Assembly (NCBI RefSeq): GCF_001186125.1
Contig: NW_014040468.1
Location: 47,122 to 81,854, forward strand
Source of the DNA: Sphaeroforma arctica JP610
Taxonomy: Eukaryota
Direction: 5' to 3'
Length of the DNA stretch: 34,733 nt
Below the pieces are notes generated by a model. It was given only the letters and a program-made list of their open reading frames with translations. It made no database searches and was not told where the DNA came from. Shown piece after piece: positions 25,001 to 34,733 of the stretch. The position numbers were made by a program, and so were the translations under genes. Within the stretch, counting starts at the first letter, position 1; every line of letters starts with the position of its first letter.

Positions 25001-26252
25001 GTGTGTGTGTGTGTGCGTGTGTATTCAAACGTTCATGCATGCGCGAGAATAGACACAAGCGCGTATATATTGATATACTGATATGCAGATTTCAATATTC
25101 ACATACGTATTTGTACCACATGAGCAGATAAATATGTACATGTATGTTTAATCCTGCACGCATATGCTGCCTACGTATGAAATGATAAACTTCCGCGAAA
25201 ATGCCCTTACATACATTCACATTTTCACTGTACAATAACATGTTTATGTCCAACAACATCTTCTATGTATAAATATGTACTTCTGAACAAAATTCGTGAG
25301 ACTCACAAGTGTGCTTGTAATCGCATATGCAAACAGACAAATCAAAATTTAATTACAGTGAAACACATGTTTGAACTCTGTATCTGTACTTCGTTTTGGG
25401 CACCAGACTATCGGTTTACAAAATGTCCGGCAATCAAATGTCGGACCTTGGCACATTTGGGTAACAATTCTGCACTCCTGCTCATACATTTTGCAACTGA
25501 AAAGTCTGATATTAAGAGCGAATTTTAACTAAACAGTACACAAACTTTGCGTACGTTTTTGTATCAGATAGGTACTTTCAATGTAATAGTAAGTGCCTTA
25601 GTGGCAGATGAAGTCGTGCAAATGTAGGTACACATAGCTTAAATGCTCGAAACGGACAAAGTTTTCGTACCCGAATCATTATGTGTACTCTGCTTTCCAC
25701 ATAATTGATTGCCGAAACTACACTACAGTACACGTATTTTGTGCAATCACACCGTGCAATCTTACATACCTTCAGTATTTCAGTCTCTTCCAGAGTGAGT
25801 ATATTCTTCGCGATCAGGTAATCCCAGTTGGTGACATTGCCCATCGTATAATAGCATATATGATTCATTGCGTTACCATATCTAGCTAATTGCTGAGCCC
25901 GTGCCTCGGCACTCTTCCCTTTGAACATACACACGGCCATGCTCACGATGTTAAACAAATTGCCCCCCACTGCGATCATCATCTTCACTTGGTCGTTGAA
26001 TCGGGACAGTACAGTGTTCAAAAATATCACCATTCCGAAACTCACTAGCGAACCTACTATTGCTAGCGTGCTTGCTGGTATCAGCGGGGCATCGTCTATA
26101 TGAAGTAGACCTGTTACGCGCATTGCGATAAACATCAGATTCATTGCCAAGAAAAACCAAAACCAGCCGTTAAAGAGTACATATTCCCACAGTGTACCTT
26201 TGTACCGAAGCATCGACTGTGCGGGTCGCTTAGCATCGTAGGAGACGACCAT
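22073..26252 (-). CDS. Bestrophin-family anion channel, at least 5 exons (3' end uncertain)
   Basis: Exon 26252-25770: MVVSY..RYKGTLW..LVSFGMVIFLNTVLSRFNDQ..LARYGN..LTLEE. Exon 24380-24225: ..LASW..IMAMR.. Exon 24016-23847: PPPLGYYHFL..AYMGL. Exon 23286-23109: DPFGEDSSDVD. All are phase-consistent. A terminal acceptor at 22221 gives a stop at 22195 (phase 0) or at 22073 (phase 1, which needs a further small exon near 22.8 kb). Confidence 0.9.
22567..22674. repeat. Imperfect tandem repeat, ~60-bp period, 2 copies
   Basis: TTTTCTGATACTT.TCTG.AATAT.TCCGT..AAAAACTATGCGAAGG starts at 22567 and 22627. Fragments AACTATGC and AACTTGCACTT recur nearby. Confidence 0.8.
24999..25022. repeat. (GT)n microsatellite in bestrophin intron 1
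   Basis: (GT)8 GC (GT)3. Confidence 0.9.
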
Positions 26253-27507
26253 AACTTCATATATTTAATTCACTGCTAGTTCGGTGCGTTACTTCTTCCC
26301 TCGATGACTGTTTCTCAGCACATATGTAAGAATATGATATTACTGTGGACATATCAGTGTGACCAGACGCATGTGAAGTGTGTAAATATGAAGTATCTTG
26401 GGCATTTCTGAATCGTTCAGAGATTCCAGTTTCCATCATTCCGACAAGTCGACAACTGTGGTCATCTCTGATGTTTTTATTTGTAAATACTATGTAAATA
26501 TTTACGCCAAGAGGCAAGACCGCAAGAGGCTCTCCCGTTCGCCACAGAGGACTGTTTTAGACAGACAGTCGCCAGTCGCCATTCGCCAAGTACCCACCTC
26601 TAAATACTCTCTCTACTCTATTTCACTCTCTCAGTCTCTACGACATAGCTCTCTCTCGATCTCTAGTAATAACTAATAACCCCCCCGCGCCCCCGGCCCC
26701 AGCCCACTGCCCAGATACTATTTCAGCTATTTATAATAAAAAATTTAAATATGTATAAGCAATTATGCAGTACAGAATGTATGTATGCCTGTGGTCAGAT
26801 GTATGTATGTACAGTTGTACACTGAGAGATACTGCTCCGCGACTCCGTGAGTCTTTGATAAACATATATTTTTTAATTATAAAATGGACATGACGCACAA
26901 ATATAGATATTTATGACGCTTTTTTAACATTTTTATTTTTATTATAAGTTTTATTTATAAAAAAATCTGCTTATGTAGTAAATAATGTCCAATATTTATG
27001 TACTTCGGCCTTCGCCCTTGGGCCTTGGCCTTCGCCCGTCGGACATCCCCAGTTCCCCACCTTCTAAAATATATACTATTTATTTAAAAAACAAATCAAA
27101 AGGGAGCTATTTGTTTTAAAAAAACAAAAACAAAAACAAATTGGCAGAATTTTGTCCCTAAATATTTACACACACAGTCTTCACATGAACCTAAATAGTG
27201 AAGGAGATAAATATTATTTATATAGTCGGATATCAGCCGTCTGGGGTGAGGTCCATCAGCCAATCAGATACAATTATGAAACATTATCAGGCTATCAGCA
27301 ATTCAGCAGTAGATTATGAAATAGAATAGGCTGAATAGTCCTCCACTAAATCTATAAATATTACAGATTAAAACGAACTGTGGCCACAAGTCACAACTCG
27401 CACAAGTAATAAACTATCATATTGCAATAGCGGCTATACTACTGTATAAACTTAAAAGACGCTGATAATAAATATAGTCGGCACTTTACCCCTATAAAGT
27501 AGTTAAT

Positions 27508-27767
27508 TGTAAACTTCGATGGATATTTCTAAGTTTTAAACTATGTTATATGAACTACGATACAATTTAAGTCAGTTAGGATTTAGCTGTGGTAGCTTAT
27601 GTAAGAATGATCGGGACTGCCTCTTGGTAAGAGCCTTAATATCCTCGATCACACAGGACGTACCCCTAGCTGTTCTTTATTGAATAACTTTCACTAGAAG
27701 TACTAAGTGTTCATGACCACATGTCTAATTTGTAGATAGACATAAGGACGTAAGTCAAGTTACTACA
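27508..27767. mobile_element. LTR-like repeat copy 1 (probable solo LTR, 260 bp)
   Basis: Starts TGTAAA and ends TACA. Aligns end to end with 30055-30310 (roughly 80-85% by eye). Flanks are TTAAT and TTAAC, a 5-bp TSD with one mismatch. Confidence 0.7.
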
Positions 27768-30054
27768 TTAACTAATATAAATAAAGTTCTATCTGAAGAA
27801 AAGTTAAAAAAAAGAAAACGACTTCTCGGATTTTGGAGATTGGCGGGAAGACCAAAACCTGTAAGTAGTAGTTCAGAGATTATGAAATTTAGTTCATAAT
27901 ATCCTACATCTACTATCGTGTCAAATAGGTCCAAGAAAATGAGTCATACAAAATACTCAGGCTATTGGAGCCATCAAAGTGAATTTAGAACACTTTGGAA
28001 ATATTGGAAAAAGAACTTGTATTAAATTATTTTCAATACAAATAAAAACCAATGTGTTATCTCAATTGATCTTGATGTTTTAGACTGACCAGAGGCCGTA
28101 TTTCTACACAATCGTGTAATAAAAAACTTTACACGAACAATATTCATTACCGTTGTCTTACAATTCGATTGCTTGCGAGTATACCTTTTGGGGGCTCGGT
28201 CTCTGTTCACCTCTCTCTCTTAATCTCTTGGGTTTCTGTATAAAACATGTTTTAGGGGATAATAGCAAACAATTCATACCACAAGGCAGATGCAGTTCTT
28301 CTTGTATCATTGATATCCCGGGATCTACATATCTCTAACAACCACTATTCGACATGTGGGCTCGCATAAAACTCAAAGGATTTATACGATATTATTACAA
28401 ACACTACCTTGAAGCGATGCACAACGTAGCACGTTCAGTTTCAGCCCTTAAAAATCATAAACCAACGTGTAGCAGCACTATCACAACTTGTACATGTTTT
28501 CCTGACGGATGTAGCTCTCTGTCACATATCTTGCTAATAGCTGATAACGCTGCAGAATTCTATACGGCAAAATGAAAACACTGTATGTTGTACAATGCCG
28601 CGGTGTCTTTCAATCGCATCCACCATACAGAACAATTCAAAACGCTGAGGCCAAATATTGTGCTCGCTTCTAAGTAAGAGTGAACAGGGTTCTATTTTAT
28701 AACCTTGCAGTTTAAATTTTTTGGTTGTTGCTCCGTCTAGCTGACACATAGTTGTGGTATTGCCATGTAATCAACGTCTCAAATCGTTCTGTTTTGCTCA
28801 TGAAACTTCATGTAAAGCTTAGGCAGTTATCTTTTCTGAAATTCGTAGCTCCATCTCCCGCGCACATTCTATACACTCGTCCTAATTTTAAAAGCTGTAT
28901 TGTCTATAAATCTGTCAGTAACTGAGTCCTCATCTGTATCATGTTGTTTTATTATCTGGACCAGTTATTCCTTCGTACCCTTTGTTGTAAACGTGCTTTT
29001 TCCTAATACCAATGTATCCTTAATCATTGAAAGTTTGTGAATAGTGATTGCAGCTGTTGATGGTCAGGTAGTAGTGCAGGATGTAAGATGGTTCGATGTC
29101 ACATCGACCATCCTCGCGCTTCGTTGTCCTCTGAGTTTAATAAACGTGTATATTCGACCATCTATTTTCTGAGTTCATCTGATCTTGTCTGCACTTTCAA
29201 CAAATAAATAAACAAATCTAATGTATAATCTGTCGACATGCGTGCCATGCAACACGCTCGATAACTCACCGACTCTATAATGCTCTTTTAAAGTTCCACC
29301 GTGTCCTCAGGGTTGCCCGCGACACTTCAAACATCATTGTGCGTATACCCTTCACGATGAGCAGGCGCGGAATCATAGGTAGTCGACAGTACATCGTATA
29401 AGAAATACTGACTGTACCTTTATACTGTATTCACATAATCTTCATTTTACACGATGGTCACGCATGTAACTGTCGTACATCCCAAAAATTAAATATAACC
29501 GAAACCAGCCTAAAAATAATTATATAATGCTGCTGCCGTAAATAAACCGCCTATTGTTAGTATCCAAACAACAGTCACCAGTCGACGTACGATTGAGTCA
29601 TGCATGAATTTGGGAATTAGTATTTTTCAAATTTAATCTAGTGACTTTCTGGTGTCCACCATGTGCGTTAAATACTGCTGAGCTGATGCCGGCAGCTACT
29701 GGCGTACTTGTAGAATTTACATCTGTAAGGCTTGCCATCAGCCTTAGTGCTCGATATGGTGTCCATGAGAATTTCTGTTGGTGTTCTAGCAATACACCTT
29801 CGAGAAGTTGTACTTCTGGTAAATTTAAACTCTTCATAGTGAACTCTTCATATGATCGATATATGTCGTCCTGAATTCCCCGCTATAAGTGTTGCACTTA
29901 GTCACACGCATATATTGAAATCGTATGTAATTTGTCCACGAGCTTCTATACAGTGATGTATGGCCCAGCCCCGGACGGCCAAACAATATGAACTTGTACC
30001 ATTGTTTGTATATTTGTTACAATCGGACCTCACTTATAGATTTCGATTTGTTGG

Positions 30055-30310
30055 TGTAAACTTCGATAGATATTACTAAGTTTCAAACTATGTTAAAAAC
30101 CCTAAGATACAATTTAAATCAGTTAGTATTGAGCAGTGGTAGCTTCTGTTAAGATGGGACTGCCTCTTGGTAAGAAGCCTAATATCCTCGATCACACAAA
30201 ACCTACCTCTAGCTGTTCTTTATTGAATAATTTTCACTAGAGGTACTAAGTGTTCACAGCCACATGCCTAAGTTGTAGATAGACATAAAAACGTAAGTCC
30301 CATTAATACA
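30055..30310. mobile_element. LTR-like repeat copy 2 (256 bp)
   Basis: TGTAAACTTCGAT...CATTAATACA, a direct repeat of 27508-27767. Its flanks (GTTGG / TTAGC) do not form a TSD. Confidence 0.7.
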
Positions 30311-30719
30311 TTAGCTATAGGAGCTGTGAGCATAAAAAGGGGGGGTTTTTTAGACCGGACGCCAAAAGACATTTGCCTGAGGTACACGTCCCGTTCTACA
30401 ATAATAATTCTAATACGGGAGCCCGCCAAAAGGTACATACTGATATGTGACTGTAAGTTGTAAACTTGTAATTTCAAATGGTTGTTCCCTCGAGTGTATG
30501 TACATAAACCGTGATACACACACGCATAACTGTATTTATAGTACAACTATCCACTGCAGTAATGAATCATTGCTTTAGTAATGACTGGGATAGTCAGCCC
30601 GTAGCATGTTGTACTTGTAAGAAGAACCCAACCCGGCAGAAGATCTCAGTTTATGCACTTTGTGTCGTGTTAAGTGGCGCTATCCATGTCACAGACCTTG
30701 TGGGAAGGGTGAAGCTTAT

Positions 30720-32425
30720 ATAATAGCTTATGAGGCATGGTCCAATAGGCGTCTAATCTGTTGCCTTCTGAAGGAAGAGTTGAGGCACAGACTTTGTATT
30801 GGTTGTACGTGTGAACTTGAAGTCGCAGTGAGATTATCTGAGGAAATCGTAGCACTGATCACCACCAAATTAGTTGGGAAGGGTATACGTATAGAAGAGC
30901 TCCTAGAGACCGTTGCCAACGACGATGGAGCCAAAAAGAAGAAGCACAAGAAAGTGCGAGTGATGTACGACGCAAAGCAGAGCTTGTAGCTGAGCGCAAA
31001 GCGCTGTCTGTAAAGGACATATGCATGTGTGCAAATATAGAGTGATGTATTCAACTGAATGATCACGTCACCACACTTTCGACAGCTAAAAATGGTGAAT
31101 TGCGCAAGCAGTGGATTGAGGCACCCTATCCTCTACTAGATGTATATGAAGTGTGGTCACTTATTACAGTACAACAACACCAATATCAGCTGACATTCGA
31201 AAAATAATTCTAGACACAGTCATGTCAATACTTCAGCCACGCCTAAAAACAATCAGAACCACTACATCAGAAGAATCAGCAACAAATTCACCCACAATCG
31301 AGCTCACTGACGCACAACTGGTTAAACAAAGACGATCGTATGTGTAATATGTTCACAGGAAAGTCATCTATTGTTGCTGTGCGATTGTCGTACGACTATT
31401 GGAATGCTGTGGCTTCTTTTCACAGGGTGAGGTATTTCAACGCGTACGCAGCTTGCTAAGTCCTTTTATTGTCCTGACGCGACACTGGACTCAATTGATA
31501 CGATTGCTGAACCACTATCTCCACTTAATGTAGCAGCAGGGTATACTTTGAAGGCCAACAGACACATATGCTATCTTTTCCAACAATTTGTTTGCTGGTT
31601 AACAATGATACGCTATAGTCGGTACACCCCGGCCGATACTAGTATACATTTCGACATTTCAAGAACATGTGCTAAAAACATATACATCACTTGCACATAC
31701 GCCATTTCTGAGATAGTACGTAAAACACGGCCGATATCAACAAACAAATAGAACTCTACACACGTCCAAAGAGATGTGCAAACGAACATGGGGTTTTTTT
31801 GCCAGGATGCCCCCCTTGGTTTTCTGTTTGTATGCACAGGAAAAAAAGCAGAAGATCCGTATGGCATATTGCCTGCGCTACAAACATGTTATGATATTAT
31901 GTATAAGAAGAATGTGACCTAAAACATATCAATCGTAAAAGCCCCGTACCCGGGTTCTGCCACTGACAACGCAATGGTAGACAACGAGAGGTTTGGCGCA
32001 AAGCTGAAATGTGCATGTTGCAAATCCGTTTGTCTTTGCCAAGGGGCTCACGGATCGTCATGAGCTCGAGGTTAATGGCATACACGTGATATGTCCACGT
32101 GAGAAAGCTAAAGGACAGATAACATTCGACACTGAATACAAACGTGGCGACAAACAAATAGCTGTATATAGAATCCTTGTCGGGCGCAACAATGAAGAGC
32201 TTCAAAACTATAGAGCTTGTGATGGTGGACGCTTACCACTCAGAAATAAACCTTCACCATCATGAGTCAGAGTGTATAAGAGGTCTCGTCAACCCTAAAT
32301 CACCCATTCACGATTGGTGGATGCCAATCGATCAGAGAATCACACAGCCAAAGAAGCGTCACTTGCCTAAAGGAGTTGTACCAGTAAAACTAGACAACAA
32401 GCGAGTTACAATGTCAAAAGTTTAA
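30720..32425 (+). pseudogene. Decayed, frameshifted coding remnant, possibly retrotransposon gag-protease
   Basis: A chain of short, apparently intronless plus-strand ORF pieces (30660-30989, 31153-31347, 32011-32265, 32177-32425) downstream of LTR-like copy 2. GQITFDTEY...RILVGRN resembles a retropepsin C-terminal half. No intact D[ST]G or CCHC motif. Confidence 0.3.
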
Positions 32426-32490
32426 ATATAAATTTAATAGAGACTTAAAAGGCATTTTTGTATCAATAGCTTAAGGAATAGGCATACCAG

Positions 32491-33391
32491 TGTAAAAGTC
32501 AGTCTCCTCTAGGCTGACTATACGATATCAAGACGTTTACGTTAATAAGACAATGCGTTAAACGTTAAAATGCAAAATGTTTAATAAGTTTAGCTTCAGC
32601 CCTTGGTAATGAGCAAAAGATTAGGGGATTTTAGACTGAGACTATTGTCTATATGCTCCGCTCTAATCACTCACTACTTCGGTCTATATTTATTTATATT
32701 TTAGTTAATAAGACTAGATATCATTTCATTGGACGCATAGTTTACATCTCACGCCTCGAAACAATTACCTAATCAAACTATCCAATAAAATATCTCTAAG
32801 TCCAACTTAAGAAAATATAAAAATAAAATCAAAACACTAAGTCGGTGCAGTATACATCTGCACCTAAACCCCATCACTTGGTACCCAGCTCTCCATCCCA
32901 TTTAAGGCATAGACGGGCACATCTAGTTGGCTGGCTAGGAGGAATCAAATCCATGTTGTCCTAAATTCTAACAACTCTGATCCTGTCCTTTTCTCAGAGG
33001 ATTAACTTGCTCTGAGATTATTATCGAATTATACCATAGGTTTGTACCAACAACCATATCATGCCTGAGATCCTCTCTCATGGTACTCCCGTTAATTAGA
33101 GATTCTCAGTGTCATTTTCAGGTGTCAGATTGGTGTCGTTCCTTTATTATGTACAATTCTAATTTCAGTGGAAAACCCAATCTATATTTGGAAAACCACC
33201 TAATTGTCCACAGTAGATTCACATACTCTACTGAGTACTACCACATGTCCAGAATCTTGAATATCTCAGTTCTTGTTCATGTCCAATTCGTTAAATGTAT
33301 TCCAGTACTATAAGTATAAACGTTAATACGTTTATACGTTTATAATATACGTTAACTGTGCAACTACTATTAGGAACGCGCTATTTTTACA
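32491..33391 (-). mobile_element. 3' LTR (901 bp) of Ty3/Gypsy retrotransposon
   Basis: Bounded by a 7-bp terminal inverted repeat TGTAAAA...TTTTACA. On the minus strand it begins 3 nt after the polypurine tract that follows the integrase-chromodomain region. Confidence 0.8.
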
Positions 33392-33394
33392 TAG

Positions 33395-33413
33395 CCCCCC
33401 CCCCCCCCCCACC
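33395..33413 (-). promoter_or_regulatory. Polypurine tract (PPT)
   Basis: Minus strand reads GGT + G16, then CTA|TGTAAAAA. Confidence 0.8.
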
Positions 33414-34733
33414 TGTGGATAGATCTTAACCACTTCGGGTCGCTTATTTGATGGTAAGATTGCTTCTGCATCAGCCTTATTTTTGTGTAAGCGTTTGCAA
33501 AACTTCTTATTAAAAGCCTTTAGTACATCCGGGTCAACAAATGCTGATGGTAAACAATCATACTGTGCTCCATCGGCGAACTCTGTAGTGTAATATGTCA
33601 TATTCTCATGCTAGTACTTCCCTAGAATCTTCTTAAACTCGTAAGACATAAGAGGTGTAGTAGCTTCACGTGTGCGACGAAGGATGATCTCTGTCATAGG
33701 GATTCGATGTGACCCGATATTTAAGGCACTGGAGCCGTCAACGTTGTTTACTTCATACGTTCCGCTCTTCTTATCGGCCACAGAGATCATAAATGGTCCA
33801 ATATATTTAGCCGTAAGCACAGTTGTATCGGAGTTGCGAGCCATAATGTTGACTATATCGCCTACCTCAAACTCGACTATTTCTTGGTATCATTCCATCG
33901 CTTTTGTCTCTTCATGAGAACGATGTCCTTCATCTCCCTTAAGTAAGGATAGACCACATCTCTGGCCCGACGCATCTTCTCTAACCATGGTAACACATGA
34001 TCATTTTGAGACTCTTTGTTGAATGGGATCTTTAATTCATTATCACGGCCCCGGAAATAGTGAGCGGGTGCTGTACCAGTGACTGAATCAGGGGATTCGT
34101 TCATCTGTGTCTGTATCCGATTGATTGAGTACGGCCACATGTCAGCATCATCAAGTAGTGCTCCTCGCATGAACTCCTTCATCTTTATGTGTCGTACCTC
34201 GTTCGCACCTTGTGTCTGAGGCTTGTAAGGTACACCCATCTTATGGCATGATCCCGCAACGAGTAACAGTGTCGTCATGACATCTCCTGTAAGCTCACTA
34301 CTGTTGTCGGAACATACAATAGCTGGCCTGCCAAAATTTGCGAAACACTTATATATGCACTCAGACACAGTTTGTGTCGATTTATCTTTCAGCGGATACA
34401 ATACATTATATCTTGATGCGACATCAAACACGTGACAGATATATTTATCCTTCGTGTGTTCGGACGTGGATAGGTCAACCAAATCAATGATAACCCGGCG
34501 CCACGGCTCGTCTTCTGATACGCTGCGTAAAGGTGCGTATCCGTAGCGCTTGATCTGGTTAACTTCGCAGTTGTTACATTCGTGATACACCTGAGATATA
34601 TATTACTTGAGGTTCGGGTGTACGATTCCGTACCTCTTGCAATCTTTCTCAGTTCTAACCTTATCATGTGCTTAAGAGCATGATTTTGTCTTAACCACTT
34701 CAGAATCAATACAATTATATCTTGGATGCGACA
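33414..34733 (-). mobile_element. Ty3/Gypsy pol 3' end: HHCC + DDE integrase, GPF module, chromodomain; pseudogenised and truncated by the window edge
   Basis: Integrase: H..H (NHALKH) and CNNC in different frames; PWRRVIIDL, FDVASRY, FGRPAIVCSDN, PYKPQTQGANE. GPF module: FEVGDIV..KYIGPF..GTYEV. Chromodomain-like: YEFKKILGKY*HENMTYYTTEF..LPSAFVDPDVLKAF. Frameshifts near 34.6 kb and 33.88 kb, and an in-frame TAG at 33613-33611. Confidence 0.92.

Noticed and set aside
30311..30352. PBS (TTAGCTATAGGAGC) or PPT (AAAAAGGGGGGG) next to LTR copy 2
   Set aside because: No TGG start for a tRNA PBS, and the purine run is not followed by a TG LTR start. Too degenerate to call.
1..34733. tRNA, rRNA or prokaryote-type operon/defence system
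   Set aside because: No recognisable RNA gene signatures. All supported host genes are spliced eukaryotic genes.

Overview
Intron-rich eukaryotic genomic DNA with spliceosomal GT-AG introns. The gene set looks holozoan/animal-like, but the organism cannot be established from sequence alone. From 1 to about 26.5 kb there are four spliced genes. CKS1 (+, 957-2145) sits behind a CCAAT/CHR/E2F-type promoter. An MCMDC2-like pseudo-ATPase MCM (-, 2888-13103) has a ~615-aa low-complexity N-terminal extension and a probable GC-AG intron. A USP16/45-family deubiquitinase (+, 14774-20325, ~1147 aa) is transcribed divergently from it. A bestrophin channel (-, ~22.1-26.25 kb) follows. From about 27 kb to the end is a decayed transposon cluster: two diverged ~260-bp TG..CA LTR-like repeats, a possible gag/protease remnant (+), and the 3' end of a chromodomain-bearing Ty3/Gypsy element (-; integrase, GPF, chromodomain, PPT, 901-bp LTR). 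I found no convincing wholly new biological system. The best leads are the atypical MCMDC2, the cell-cycle promoter grammar and the degenerate ligand sites in the USP and bestrophin. Family assignments rest on motifs recalled and compared by eye, not on database searches.
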